Part shown: positions 49,998 to 61,438 of the stretch, piece by piece
Numbering within the stretch: the stretch's first letter is position 1
Layout: every line of letters starts with the position of its first letter
From: an uncultured Verrucomicrobiae bacterium
GTDB lineage: Bacteria; Verrucomicrobiota; Verrucomicrobiia; Chthoniobacterales; UBA10450
Assembly: GCA_963742845.1 (NCBI GenBank)
Contig: CAVUNK010000008.1
Location: forward strand, 709,219-773,218
Length of the DNA: 64,000 nt
Direction: 5' to 3'
Notes under the pieces: model-generated
Seen by the model: only the letters and a program-made list of their open reading frames with translations
Told to the model about the DNA's origin: nothing
The model's database searches: none
Translations under genes and position numbers: made by a program

Positions 49998-50648
49998 TTA
50001 TTGCTGGTCCCGCGGCTCGATTTTGCCCGCGCCGGTGATGTTTTTCTCCACCGATTTCGGGCTGCCGCCGTAGACCACTTTGCCCGCGCCAGTGATCGCT
50101 GCTTTCAGCGAATTTGTCGCGGTGACGTCCGCTTTGCCTGCGCCGGTGACGGAGAGCTCCACGTCTTCCGTTTGCAGGTCAGCCGCCGCCAGCTTGCTCG
50201 CGCCGGTGAGGTTCGCGAGCAGCCGCGCGACTTTGCCCGCGAGGGTCACCTTTACCGCGCCGCTGGTGTCGATGGAAAATTTCGCGCCGGCCAAAGGCTT
50301 GGCCAAGAACTCCACCGCGCCGCTTAGTTCCACCGTGGTCAACTCCGGACTGGTCACGATCACCTTGATCCCATCGGTCGGAGCCATGGCACCATCCAGA
50401 TCGATCTTGAGCTGGTCACCGCTGACGTTGGTGGTGATGTGGGAGAGCAGATTTTCGTCCGTGGTCACGGTTAACGACGGCGGGCCGGGCTGCCAGGAGA
50501 GTTCGTAGAAACCGCCCGCGTCGATTTTGCTAAACGCGGTCACGGTGCGGACGTCGGATTTAATCACGCCATTGCCGCGGATGCCTTTCCAACCGCAACC
50601 GGCAACGAAGAGACAAAGGAGCGAAAGGACGAGGAGTTTGGTTTTCAT
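49998..50648 (-). CDS. DUF2807 (GIN-domain) lipoprotein
   Basis: Lipobox LFVAGC followed by repeated ..GAxKVxLxG.. / ..TGAGK.. beta-helix-like segments. Confidence 0.7.
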   Translation of the reverse strand: MKTKLLVLSLLCLFVAGCGWKGIRGNGVIKSDVRTVTAFSKIDAGGFYELSWQPGPPSLTVTTDENLLSHITTNVSGDQLKIDLDGAMAPTDGIKVIVTSPELTTVELSGAVEFLAKPLAGAKFSIDTSGAVKVTLAGKVARLLANLTGASKLAAADLQTEDVELSVTGAGKADVTATNSLKAAITGAGKVVYGGSPKSVEKNITGAGKIEPRDQQ

Positions 50649-50728
50649 GAAATCTACAGGTGAGATGCGGCGAGGTGGCGGTCTGGATTCAGGAAAATTT
50701 GCCTAACGAGAAGTAATGGGCGCGTATC

Positions 50729-51211
50729 TTAGCAGGAAGTCGGCACGCGCTGCGCGAGTTTAACGCCGTGCGGGATCGCGCCTGAGACGAAACCGAGGCA
50801 CTCGACCGCGCCGCTCGGTTTGCCCGGGAGCGCGATCACGAGCGACTGCTCGACGACCGCGGCGAGGTTGCGCGAGAGAATGGCGTTGGGGGTGATCTTC
50901 ATCGACTCGGCGCGCATCACTTCGCCGAAGCCGGGCAGCTCGACGCGCATGATTCCGCGGATCGCTTCCGGCGTGACGTCGCGCGCGGCGATGCCCGTGC
51001 CGCCGGTGGTAAGGATGAGCCCGCAACCTTGTGCGCAGAAGGAGCGAATCGTTTCCTGAAGACGCGCGAGATCATCGGGGACGATCGCTTCCGCGAGAAC
51101 GTTCCAGCCATTCTTCGTCGCCACTTCTTTCAAGGCCGGCCCGCCGAGGTCGTCGTAGACCCCTTCGCTAGCCCGATCAGAAACGGTGATGATGCCGACG
51201 GTAAGTTGCAT
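50729..51211 (-). CDS. mog: molybdopterin adenylyltransferase MogA
   Basis: 160 aa: VGIITVSDRASEGVYDDLGGP...LILTTGGTGIAARDVTPEA...LPGKPSG. Confidence 0.85.
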   Translation of the reverse strand: MQLTVGIITVSDRASEGVYDDLGGPALKEVATKNGWNVLAEAIVPDDLARLQETIRSFCAQGCGLILTTGGTGIAARDVTPEAIRGIMRVELPGFGEVMRAESMKITPNAILSRNLAAVVEQSLVIALPGKPSGAVECLGFVSGAIPHGVKLAQRVPTSC

Positions 51212-51224
51212 TCTCAGGAACGAA

Positions 51225-51677
51225 TCAGGCTGCGCGTTTGGTTTTGCGGAGCAGGGTAATTTCGCCGATCCGCATCTGCTTATCGACCGCTTTGCACATG
51301 TCGTAGATCGTGAGCAGCGCGACGGAGACGCCGGTGAGCGCTTCCATTTCCACGCCGGTCTGCGCCGTGGTCCGCGCGGTGCAGGTGCAGGCGACGCCGG
51401 TCGCGTCACTCGTTAGGCCAAGTTCCACGTGGCTCAGGCCGAGGGTGTGGCAAAGCGGAATCAACTGCGCGGTCTGCTTCGCCGCCTGGATCCCGGCGAG
51501 CCGCGCGGTGGCGAAGACGTTGCCCTTCGCGATCCGATCGCTCGCGATCAATTCCAGAGTTGCAGGTTGTAGATCGATCCGCCCTGCAGCAATCGCTTCG
51601 CGATGACTGACTGGCTTGGCCGAGACGTCGACCATTCGGGCGCTGCCGTCGCTCGCGATGTGGGTCAGTTCCGACAT
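51225..51677 (-). CDS. moaC: cyclic pyranopterin monophosphate synthase accessory protein MoaC
   Basis: LTHIASDGSARMVDVSAKP...IPLCHTL...TGVEMEALTGVSVALLTIYDMCKAVD. Confidence 0.95.
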   Translation of the reverse strand: MSELTHIASDGSARMVDVSAKPVSHREAIAAGRIDLQPATLELIASDRIAKGNVFATARLAGIQAAKQTAQLIPLCHTLGLSHVELGLTSDATGVACTCTARTTAQTGVEMEALTGVSVALLTIYDMCKAVDKQMRIGEITLLRKTKRAA

Positions 51678-51685
51678 TCGTTAAG

Positions 51686-52687
51686 CTAACCGCCGATCGC
51701 CACCATCTTGCGGTCCGGTTGGTAGGTGGTGCGGAAATCGTGCTGCTCCGGTTTCCGCTCCACCACGTCGAGGAAAAACCGCCGCAGCTCGTCGTCGCTC
51801 GCGCCGGCGCGGAGCGGTTTCATGATGTCGAACTCGAGATAACTGCCGAGACAGGGCCGCAGTTTTCCGTCGCAGGTGAGCCGCAGTTTGTTGCAGCTCT
51901 CGCAGAAATGCAGGTTGGTCAGCGCGCCGATGAAACCGATCCGCTGCTCGCGGCCGGGCAGCTGGTAGTAGGTCGCGGGCCCGTTGGTTTTGAATTCCGG
52001 CTGCGGGATGAGCCGGCCAAATTTCGCCTCGATCGTGCGCTTCGCTTCCGCCACCGGCAGGAAATTCTCCTCGCTCAAGACTTCGGTCGTGCTCACCGGC
52101 ATGAGCTCGATGAAGCGGAGGAGCAGCCCCTTTTCTGCCGCGAAATCGACCAGGCTCGTCAGGCCGTCTTCGTTATGTCCGCGCATCAGGACGCAGTTGA
52201 TTTTCACCTGCGGAAAGCCCGCGGCGAGCGCGGCATCGATCCCGGCGAGCGCCGCCGGGAACAGATCGCGCCCGGTGACGCGCGCATACTCCGCGCGATC
52301 GAGCGTATCGAGCGAGATGTTAACCGAACGAAAACCGCAGGCGCGAACCGCTTCCGCCATCGTCAGGCCGGGTTCCACTTCCTTGGTCAGCAGCGTTGCG
52401 TTGGTCGAGAGCCCGATATCGCGCAGGTTCGTTAGGCGGGGAAGCTGCCGGAAAAGCTGGATGACATCGCGCCGGGTGAGCGGTTCGCCGCCGGTGAGAC
52501 GGAGTTTTGTCACCCCGAGATCGGTCGCGATGCGGATGAGCCGGAGCGTTTCCTCGAAGGTCAGGATGTCGTGGCGCGGGAGCCATTCCTGAAGCTCCTG
52601 CGGCATGCAGTAGGTGCAGCGCTCGTTGCAGCGATCGGTGATCGAGACGCGCAAATAAGAGATGCGATGCCCGAAACGATCCTCCAT
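51686..52687 (-). CDS. moaA: GTP 3',8-cyclase MoaA (radical SAM)
   Basis: YLRVSITDRCNERCTYCMP (CxxxCxxC), ..RLTGGEPL.. and the C-terminal Cys cluster FCESCNKLRLTCDGKLRPCL. Confidence 0.95.
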   Translation of the reverse strand: MEDRFGHRISYLRVSITDRCNERCTYCMPQELQEWLPRHDILTFEETLRLIRIATDLGVTKLRLTGGEPLTRRDVIQLFRQLPRLTNLRDIGLSTNATLLTKEVEPGLTMAEAVRACGFRSVNISLDTLDRAEYARVTGRDLFPAALAGIDAALAAGFPQVKINCVLMRGHNEDGLTSLVDFAAEKGLLLRFIELMPVSTTEVLSEENFLPVAEAKRTIEAKFGRLIPQPEFKTNGPATYYQLPGREQRIGFIGALTNLHFCESCNKLRLTCDGKLRPCLGSYLEFDIMKPLRAGASDDELRRFFLDVVERKPEQHDFRTTYQPDRKMVAIGG

Positions 52688-52783
52688 GGAGCGAGGCTAC
52701 GATGGCGCGTTTCGCGAAGCAAGATGGGGCCCGGCGCCGTCTGCCCGGTTGACCGCTGTTTTTGCCTAAACGATGCTTCTTTC

Positions 52784-53287
52784 ATGAAACGTCAGACTTC
52801 TCTTTCGTGGGTGTTGCTCGCGGGTCTGGCCGCGAGCGCGTTATTGCTCTCCAGTTGCTCGACGGTGCGCTCGCGCATCGAGGAAAATCAGGCGGGATTC
52901 GCCCGTCTATCGCCTAACGACCAGACCCTGGTGACGCAGGGCAAAATCCGGGGCGGGATGTCGCAGGACGCGGTCTTCTTTGCCTGGGGCCGGGCGCAGC
53001 AAAAAGCCGTCGGCGAAGTGCATGGCGTGCCGACGGAAACCTGGGTGTATCTGATCGCGACCACGGTGCCGACTTACGGCTACGGCGGCGGTTTCTACGG
53101 TGGGTTTTCCGGGCCGGTGGGTTACTACGGGCGGCATGGCGGTCGGCGCTATTACGGGGCGATTTACGATCCGTTCTACGATCCCTTCTATTATCCGTTT
53201 TCGGAGACGATCACGCAGCCGGTGAAGACGGTCTCATTCCAGCGCGGGAAGGTGATCGCATTTCAATACCTCACGCCGGGGTATTGA
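52784..53287 (+). CDS. lipoprotein with a Gly/Tyr-rich segment
   Basis: Lipobox LLLSSC followed by ..YGYGGGFYGGFSGPVGYYGRHGGRRYYGAIYDPFYDPFYYPF.. Confidence 0.55.
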   Translation: MKRQTSLSWVLLAGLAASALLLSSCSTVRSRIEENQAGFARLSPNDQTLVTQGKIRGGMSQDAVFFAWGRAQQKAVGEVHGVPTETWVYLIATTVPTYGYGGGFYGGFSGPVGYYGRHGGRRYYGAIYDPFYDPFYYPFSETITQPVKTVSFQRGKVIAFQYLTPGY

Positions 53288-53309
53288 TCCGCTCGTTAGG
53301 CGGGCGACG

Positions 53310-54257
53310 TTACGTGCTCTGCACGAGACGCCGCACGAGGTCTTCCACGGTCACGATGCCGGTGAGCTTCTGTTTCGCATCCACCACCGCCGCGAGGGTG
53401 AGCCGCGCGGCGCGGAGCCGGCGGATGATCCGGTAGGCGGATTCGTTCTCGCTCGCGGTCACGAGGCGTCGGGTGTAATCGCGGAGCGTGCGGCGGGGTG
53501 GCGGGTCGAGCAGAATATCGAAGACGTTGACCAGTCCGAGCGCGCGACCTTTTGCCGATATCACCGGCACGCGATCGACCCCGGTGCGCGCGCTGAGTTG
53601 CAACAACTCCGGCACGGTCGTTTCCGGCCGTACGCTGGTGACTTTGCGCAGCGGCCGCATCACGTCGGCGACTTTTACAGTGCGAAAATCGACCACGTTA
53701 TGGATCATTGCGCGCTCCGCGGAAGTGAGTGAACCCTGCATCTCTCCTTCGACCGTGAGCTGTTTCAAATCCTCGCGCGCGACGAACATCCGCGGGACGG
53801 ATTCCTTCTGCGGCAGGCAGAGCCCGCCCACCCGCGCACCCAGTTCCAGGACCGGCCAGAAAAGCCGCGAAGTGAACTCGAGTAACCCGGCGAGCGCGGC
53901 GAGCGCACGATAGGGGAAGCGGCGGAAGAGCGACTTCGGCAGCACGCCGAGCATGAGCAAATAAATCGGCCCGGCGAGCAGCAGGGCAACCGGATAACCG
54001 ATCATGCCTAACGAACGCACGAGCCGTCGGGTGAGCAGGAGCAGACCCGCGATGTCGGCGAGATTGGTCACGAGCAGGATAGTCACGAGCAGCCGCTCCG
54101 GCCTTTTCAGGAGCCGATGCAGGAGCATCGCGGAGCGGTTCCGCAGCTTCACCTGATGGCGCAGCCGCACCTGATCGAGTGAGAGCAGCCCGGCCTCGAT
54201 GCCGGAAAAAACGAACGACACTACCCAGCAAAAAACGATTGTGATCCAGGCGAGCAT
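53310..54257 (-). CDS. CNNM-family (DUF21 plus CBS pair) membrane protein, no CorC_HlyC domain
   Basis: SGIEAGLLSLD.. DUF21 N-terminus plus two CBS motifs. The start overlaps the upstream stop. Confidence 0.8.
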   Translation of the reverse strand: MLAWITIVFCWVVSFVFSGIEAGLLSLDQVRLRHQVKLRNRSAMLLHRLLKRPERLLVTILLVTNLADIAGLLLLTRRLVRSLGMIGYPVALLLAGPIYLLMLGVLPKSLFRRFPYRALAALAGLLEFTSRLFWPVLELGARVGGLCLPQKESVPRMFVAREDLKQLTVEGEMQGSLTSAERAMIHNVVDFRTVKVADVMRPLRKVTSVRPETTVPELLQLSARTGVDRVPVISAKGRALGLVNVFDILLDPPPRRTLRDYTRRLVTASENESAYRIIRRLRAARLTLAAVVDAKQKLTGIVTVEDLVRRLVQST

Positions 54258-55544
54258 CAGGAAATGGTTTCGTCCTCTTCGGGGTTTTCCTCGGCCATCG
54301 CAGCGGTCCGCTCGAGCAGCGCTTCCTCGATTCGTTGGTGGCTCACCCGCCGCACGGTGAAAATGACCCGCGGTGTCTCCAGCTTCGCGCCGACGTTCGG
54401 CAGTTGGCCGAACCGGGTAAAAAGATAGCCGCCGATCGTATCGATCCCGTCCGCTTCCAGCGCGAAGCCGAGATGCTCGGTGAGGTCGTCGAGCCGCGCG
54501 TTCCCGCTCACGAGGAAACGCCCTTCCTCGAGCGGCTCGATGTAGAGATCTGCATCCCCTAGACGGCGCCGCGTCGCTGATGATCTCCTCGATAATATCC
54601 GCCAGGGTAATGATTCCCTCGGTCCCGCCGAATTCATCGACCACGATCGCGAGACCCTGCGGCTGCGAGATGAAACGCCGGAGCAGATCGATTGCCGCCA
54701 TCGTTTCCGGGACATACGAGGGCGCGATCAGCGTCTCGGTGTAAGGCCGCGACGGATCGAGCAGGAATTTTTTTACATCCACGATCCCGACCACATGATC
54801 GGGCGTTTCCGCGTAAACGGGCACCCGTCGATGCCGCCGCTCCTGAAGAAGCGTGATCGCTTCCTCGTTAGGCAAATCATCCGGGATCGCGAAGGTATCG
54901 ACCCGCGGCGTCATGCAATCCTTCGCCGTTTTGTCGCCGAGCTTGATGATTTCCTGGATCATCTCGCCCTCGGCTTCCTGGAGCGTGCCTTCCTCCTCGC
55001 CCATCTCGACCAGGGTTTCGAGTTCCTCGTCGCTCATCTGTCGGCGCACCTGCAGATGCGCGGGCGTCAGCCGATCGATCATCCCCGCGCTCACGTCCTC
55101 GAGCGCGCGACCGACGCGATCGAGGAACGGCATCAGCGCCTTGAGCGTGAACACGCCCATGGTCGAGAGTCGATACGGCTTCGAGATCGCGAGGAGCTTC
55201 GGGGTTAAATCGCAGATCAGCACGATGACGGCGAAAATGACCAGCGTCACGACCCACGACGGCATCCGCGCGTGCAGTGGCCCTTCCCAGATGAGCACGA
55301 GGCAGAGAATGACGAGCGGGACATTGATCAGGGTGACGCCGAGCAGGAGGACGTTGAGCACGCGGCGCGGGCTGTCGCGAAAGAGCCGGAGGAAATCGGT
55401 GAGCGACGGGTGCTGGTCGTGCAGCCGCTGGATTTGGTGGCTCTTGAGCGAGAAAAGCGCGGTCTCCAAACCAGAGAAAAGCGCCGAGCAGCAGATCAGA
55501 ACAACGATCGCGCCAATGAGAATACTGAGCCCGACTACCGTCAT
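54257..55544 (-). pseudogene. CNNM/CorC-family hemolysin-type protein (DUF21-CBS-CorC_HlyC), one frameshift near 54560
   Basis: SGLETALFSL.., CBS pair (..VPVYAETPDHVVGIVDVKK..), ..VVDEFGGTEGIITLADIIEEI.. The CorC_HlyC C-terminus is in ORF 54257..54715. Confidence 0.8.
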
Positions 55545-55642
55545 CCGGCACCCGCGGCCGTGCGCGTGCACGAGCCCTCCGTTGCCAAAACTTTGCCTGC
55601 TCGGTTGCCGGTCATCTCTGCGGAAACGAGACTAAGCGTTCC

Positions 55643-56158
55643 GTGAACAAAGACCAAAGAATTTCCCGGCTGGTCGAGGAGCTGAGCGGCGCGCCGGCGA
55701 CCGGCGAGAGCGAGGAAATCGCGGAGCATCCCTGCTACACGGGATTCTTTCGATGCTGGAATGAGCAGCGCTATTACGAAGCGCACGACGTGCTCGAGCA
55801 TCTCTGGCTGCGCACGAAAACCGAGGACGCCGATTATTTTAAGGGGCTCATCCAGGCGGCCGGCGGGTTCGTGCATCTGCAGAAGCAACACGCGCGGCCG
55901 ACGCATCCGAAAGATGGACGGCGGATGTATCCGGCGGTGCGGCTCTTTCGTTTGGCAGAGAAAAATTTGGCGCCGTTTGGGCCGGTCCGGCATCGGCTCG
56001 ACGTCGCGGCATTCCTGAGCCTGCTCCGAGGGGAAGTGGAAGCGATCCTGGCGTCCGATCATCGCCAAAATCCGTGGTCGCCTGCCACTGCGCCGAAGAT
56101 TTCCCTACAAGACTTCGCGGGGCGCGCCGCGCCCGACGATCCGCCCGCGCTCGATTAG
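55643..56158 (+). CDS. DUF309 family protein
   Basis: ..FFRCWNEQRYYEAHDVLEHLWL...YFKGLIQAAGGFVHL.. GTG start. Confidence 0.65.
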   Translation: MNKDQRISRLVEELSGAPATGESEEIAEHPCYTGFFRCWNEQRYYEAHDVLEHLWLRTKTEDADYFKGLIQAAGGFVHLQKQHARPTHPKDGRRMYPAVRLFRLAEKNLAPFGPVRHRLDVAAFLSLLRGEVEAILASDHRQNPWSPATAPKISLQDFAGRAAPDDPPALD

Positions 56159-56752
56159 CAGCACCTCGTCGCAGAGCTCGATCGCTTCCGCGCGATCGTG
56201 GGTCACGTAGAGCATCGGCAGGTCGAACTCGTTAGGCAATGCCTTCAACTGCGCGAGGATCGCATCGCGCAACTTGCGATCGAGTCCGGTCAGCGGCTCG
56301 TCCAGCAATAGCAGCCGCGGCTCGGAGAGAAGCGCGCGCCCGATCGTGACCCGCTGCCGTTCGCCGCGCGAAAGCTGCCGCACATCGCGGTCGAGGAGCG
56401 GTGTGATCTCGAGAAATTCCGTCACATGCGCGAGCGAGAAGGCGGGGTCGCGCGATTCGTTAGGCCGGCCGTAAAGCAGGTTCCGCCGCACATCGAGATG
56501 CGGAAAGAGTGAGTCATCCTGCGGCACGTAACCGACCCGCCGCTGCCGCACCGGGAGCCCGCTAAAATCCGTGCCGTTGAACCGAATCAAACCCGCGGTC
56601 GGCTCGCGCAGACCCGCGATCGTTTCGAGGAGCGAAGTTTTCCCCGCGCCCGACGGTCCGAAGATCCCGGTCCGCTCCGCGATCAGCTCCACATCGGCTT
56701 CGAGCGCGAAACCGGAGAGCGGCAACCGCACTTTTCCTAACGACAACTTCAC
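56105..56752 (-). CDS. modC: molybdate-type ABC transporter ATP-binding protein (no TOBE domain)
   Basis: GPSGAGKTSLL, LSRGERQRVTIGRAL and LLLLDEPLTGLD; 215 aa only. The GTG start overlaps the modB stop. Confidence 0.75.
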   Translation of the reverse strand: MKLSLGKVRLPLSGFALEADVELIAERTGIFGPSGAGKTSLLETIAGLREPTAGLIRFNGTDFSGLPVRQRRVGYVPQDDSLFPHLDVRRNLLYGRPNESRDPAFSLAHVTEFLEITPLLDRDVRQLSRGERQRVTIGRALLSEPRLLLLDEPLTGLDRKLRDAILAQLKALPNEFDLPMLYVTHDRAEAIELCDEVLLIERGRIVGRGAPREVL

Positions 56753-57423
56753 CGCGCCGCCTCCCGTTTCCGCAGCAGCCATTCCGCGCTGAAGACCGCG
56801 ACAAACGCGATCACCACGCAGACCACAAGCAGTCGGTAAGCAGTCGCGTCGTGCCCGAGCTGGACCGCTTCGTAGATCCGCAGCGAGAGCGTCTGCGTCT
56901 CGCCGGGGATGTTGCCTGCGAGCAAAATCGTCGCCCCAAATTCTCCAACCGCGCGCGCGAAAGCGAGCAGCACGCCGCCGCAAATCGCGCGGGCCGCGAG
57001 CGGGAGCGAGATCGTCCAGAAAACGCGCCACTCCCCCGCGCCTAACGAGCGCGCCATCTGCTCGTAGCGCCGGTTCACTTCCTGAAACCCGACCCGCGCC
57101 GAGCGCACGAGCAGCGGGAACGACATCACCGCGGCCGCGATCACGACGGCTCGCCAGGTGAAGACAATGTCGAGATCGAACTGCCGATGGAGCCATCCGC
57201 CTAACGAGCCGTGGCGCCCGAGCAGCTTCAGCAAAATCAATCCGGTCGCCACCGGCGGCATCACCAGCGGCAGCGTGACCAGCGTTTCCACGACTGATTT
57301 TCCAAACCAGCGCGGCCGCGCCAGCAGCCAGGCGACGGCGAGCCCGAAAGGCAGAATCACCAACGTGCTCCCCGCGCACGCCGCGAGGGTAAAGCGCACC
57401 GCCTGCCATTCATCGGGTTGCAC
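56749..57423 (-). CDS. modB: molybdate ABC transporter permease
   Basis: ..LPLVMPPVATGLILL.., ..FARAVGEFGATILLAGNIPGETQTLSLRIY.. GTG start at 57423. Confidence 0.8.
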   Translation of the reverse strand: MQPDEWQAVRFTLAACAGSTLVILPFGLAVAWLLARPRWFGKSVVETLVTLPLVMPPVATGLILLKLLGRHGSLGGWLHRQFDLDIVFTWRAVVIAAAVMSFPLLVRSARVGFQEVNRRYEQMARSLGAGEWRVFWTISLPLAARAICGGVLLAFARAVGEFGATILLAGNIPGETQTLSLRIYEAVQLGHDATAYRLLVVCVVIAFVAVFSAEWLLRKREAAR

Positions 57424-57478
57424 CGGCGAACTTTGTGCAGCGCGCGCGCGAAGCACAAGCGCGCGGTGAACGAAGCAG

Positions 57479-57622
57479 GTCATCCTGAGCGGAGCGCAGC
57501 GGAGTCGAAGGATCCCGTCGGGTTTCTGGCAAGCTCCATCACAGAGATGCCGAAAAAAAAGCCGGAGCTTCACGGCAACCCCACGGGATCCTTCGACTTC
57601 GCTGCGCTCCGCTCAGGATGAC
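57479..57622. repeat. MITE/REP-like nested palindromic element, copy 1 (40-bp arms, 39/40 complementary)
   Basis: Left arm GTCATCCTGAGCGGAGCGCAGCGGAGTCGAAGGATCCCGT at 57479-57518. Right arm ACGGGATCCTTCGACTTCGCTGCGCTCCGCTCAGGATGAC at 57583-57622. The 64-nt loop is itself partly palindromic. Confidence 0.65.
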
Positions 57623-57687
57623 GGCGCGATGCTCCGCTCACCGCGCCGTGATTTCGCGCGCGGGCTGATTTCCCGTAAAGTTACCCC

Positions 57688-59868
<2,181 letters not shown>

Positions 59869-59905
59869 GCGCGACCGTTTGACGGACTGGGGCCCAAACC
59901 GCGCG

Positions 59906-60062
59906 GTCATCCTGAGCGAAGTGCAGCTCGCCTCGCGAGCGGAACGCAGTCGAAGGATCCCGTGGCGCTGCCGTGCAGCCCCGGCTGCCGATGAAAGCTT
60001 CCCAGCAACTCCACGGGATCCTTCGACTCCGCCCCGCTTCGCAGGGCTCCGCTCAGGATGAC
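59906..60062. repeat. MITE/REP-like nested palindromic element, copy 2 (inverted relative to copy 1)
   Basis: It begins GTCATCCTGAGCGAAG..GCAGTCGAAGGATCCCGTGG and ends CCACGGGATCCTTCGACTCCG..CTCCGCTCAGGATGAC. The reverse complement of its loop resembles the copy 1 loop (GGGAAGCTTTCATCGG versus GGCAAGCTCCATCAC). Confidence 0.65.
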
Positions 60063-60805
60063 GGATCGCTGCTGTTCCCGGCGCCGTTGCCGCTGACTGC
60101 CGCCGGACTCTTCGCCGAGACTGGTCGCCGTCGGCGCAGGCGCATCCAGTTGTTCCAGGTCTTCCGCACGCTGTCTTTCGGCGTGAGATATTCCTGGTTC
60201 AGCTCGTTGCTCTTCAAAATCCGCGCAGGTACACCGCCTAACGAGAAGTCCTCGGTATTCAAGATGGTGTAAGCCGTCCCGATCGCGGCGTGATGATGCG
60301 CGTCGCTCGCCGCGGTCATCGGCAGTCCGCGCACCTGCGCATATTTGAAGGCGTAACGATTATACCGGCGCAAAGTGGTCGCGGCGTTGAAGACCTCGAG
60401 CGCGTCGATCGGCAGATTCTCGAGGGTGGAAAAACGAATCCCGGCCCGGAACAAATCGTAAGGATGCGGCGGAATCGCGAGCCCGCCGCGCTCATGGATG
60501 AGGTCGCAGACTTCGCGCGCGGGCGTGCCTTTCAAAAACGGGAGCGACGCGCCGATGCAGAGCAGGTGACCTTCCGCGGTGGTCACCTCGACCCCGGGGA
60601 TGATGAGGAATCCGTCAACCGGCTGGCCATCCTCGCGGATCAGCCCTTTCTCGCGGCAGTAATCGACGCCGTCATTCGTGTTGTGATCGGTCATCGCAAA
60701 ACCGTGGAGTCCCTTGGCGCGCGCGGCTTCGATGTTCTGCTCGGGGCTGGAAACGCCGTCGCCGGAAAAGAACGAATGCGTGTGCAGGTCGATCTTGAAG
60801 GGCAT
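60053..60805 (-). CDS. PHP-domain metal-dependent phosphoesterase
   Basis: IDLHTHSFFSGDG, ..FAMTDHN.. and ..ASDAHH.. motifs. The 3' end runs into MITE copy 2. Confidence 0.8.
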   Translation of the reverse strand: MPFKIDLHTHSFFSGDGVSSPEQNIEAARAKGLHGFAMTDHNTNDGVDYCREKGLIREDGQPVDGFLIIPGVEVTTAEGHLLCIGASLPFLKGTPAREVCDLIHERGGLAIPPHPYDLFRAGIRFSTLENLPIDALEVFNAATTLRRYNRYAFKYAQVRGLPMTAASDAHHHAAIGTAYTILNTEDFSLGGVPARILKSNELNQEYLTPKDSVRKTWNNWMRLRRRRPVSAKSPAAVSGNGAGNSSDPSS

Positions 60806-60834
60806 CGGCGGGAGGGTAGTTTGCGCGCCTCGAA

Positions 60835-61438
60835 ATGGAAAGCGTGGGTTTCAAGGAATGGGCGCTGGTTTGCGCGGCGCTCGGCGACGGCACGCAGAGT
60901 GTGCTCGTGCGCAAAGGCGGAATCGCGGAAGGCCGCGATGGCTTCCAGTTTCGGTATCGCGAGTTCTTTTTATTCCCGACTTTTTTCCATGAGCAGGCGG
61001 GCAAGACGCGGCTGGTGGATGCGGTCGTGCCAGAGCCGTTGCCTAACGAGATTGAGATTCGGTTCTGGGGGCGGATCGAGGAGACACGCGTGGTGACGGA
61101 TTGGGAAACAGCGCGTGCGCTCGCGCCGCTGCACATCCTTCAGGAGAGCGTGGTGCGGGAGCGGTTCGAGTACCGATGACACGCCCGGAGTGCAGGTGGC
61201 GTTTGTGCGCGTTTTCCGGCTGGCGAAGCCGTGGCGGTTTCCGGATTTGCCGCGTTATGGCGGCTGCCGTTCGTGGGTGGATTTGCCGGCGGTGCCGGCG
61301 GAGGCGGAGTTGAAGCACGTGTTGGATGATGCAGTGCAGGAGCAGCAGCGGGCTTTGTTTCGCCGCTTGATGGACGCGTCAGACAACAGATCAAACCCGG
61401 CACCTAGCAGCAAAATCGCGCCTAACGAACAGGCGTAA
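60835..61438 (+). pseudogene. DUF1802 family protein, one frameshift near 61170
   Basis: FKEWALVCAALGDGTQSVLVRKGGIAEGRDGF..FFLFPTFFH.. continues as ..VQVAFVRVFRLAKPW.. in ORF 61115..61438. Confidence 0.6.

Noticed and set aside
57418-57621. 67-aa ORF spanning MITE copy 1 (and a similar ORF, 59777..60061, running into copy 2).
   Set aside because: The reading frames arise from the palindromic element itself. There is no RBS or conservation signal.
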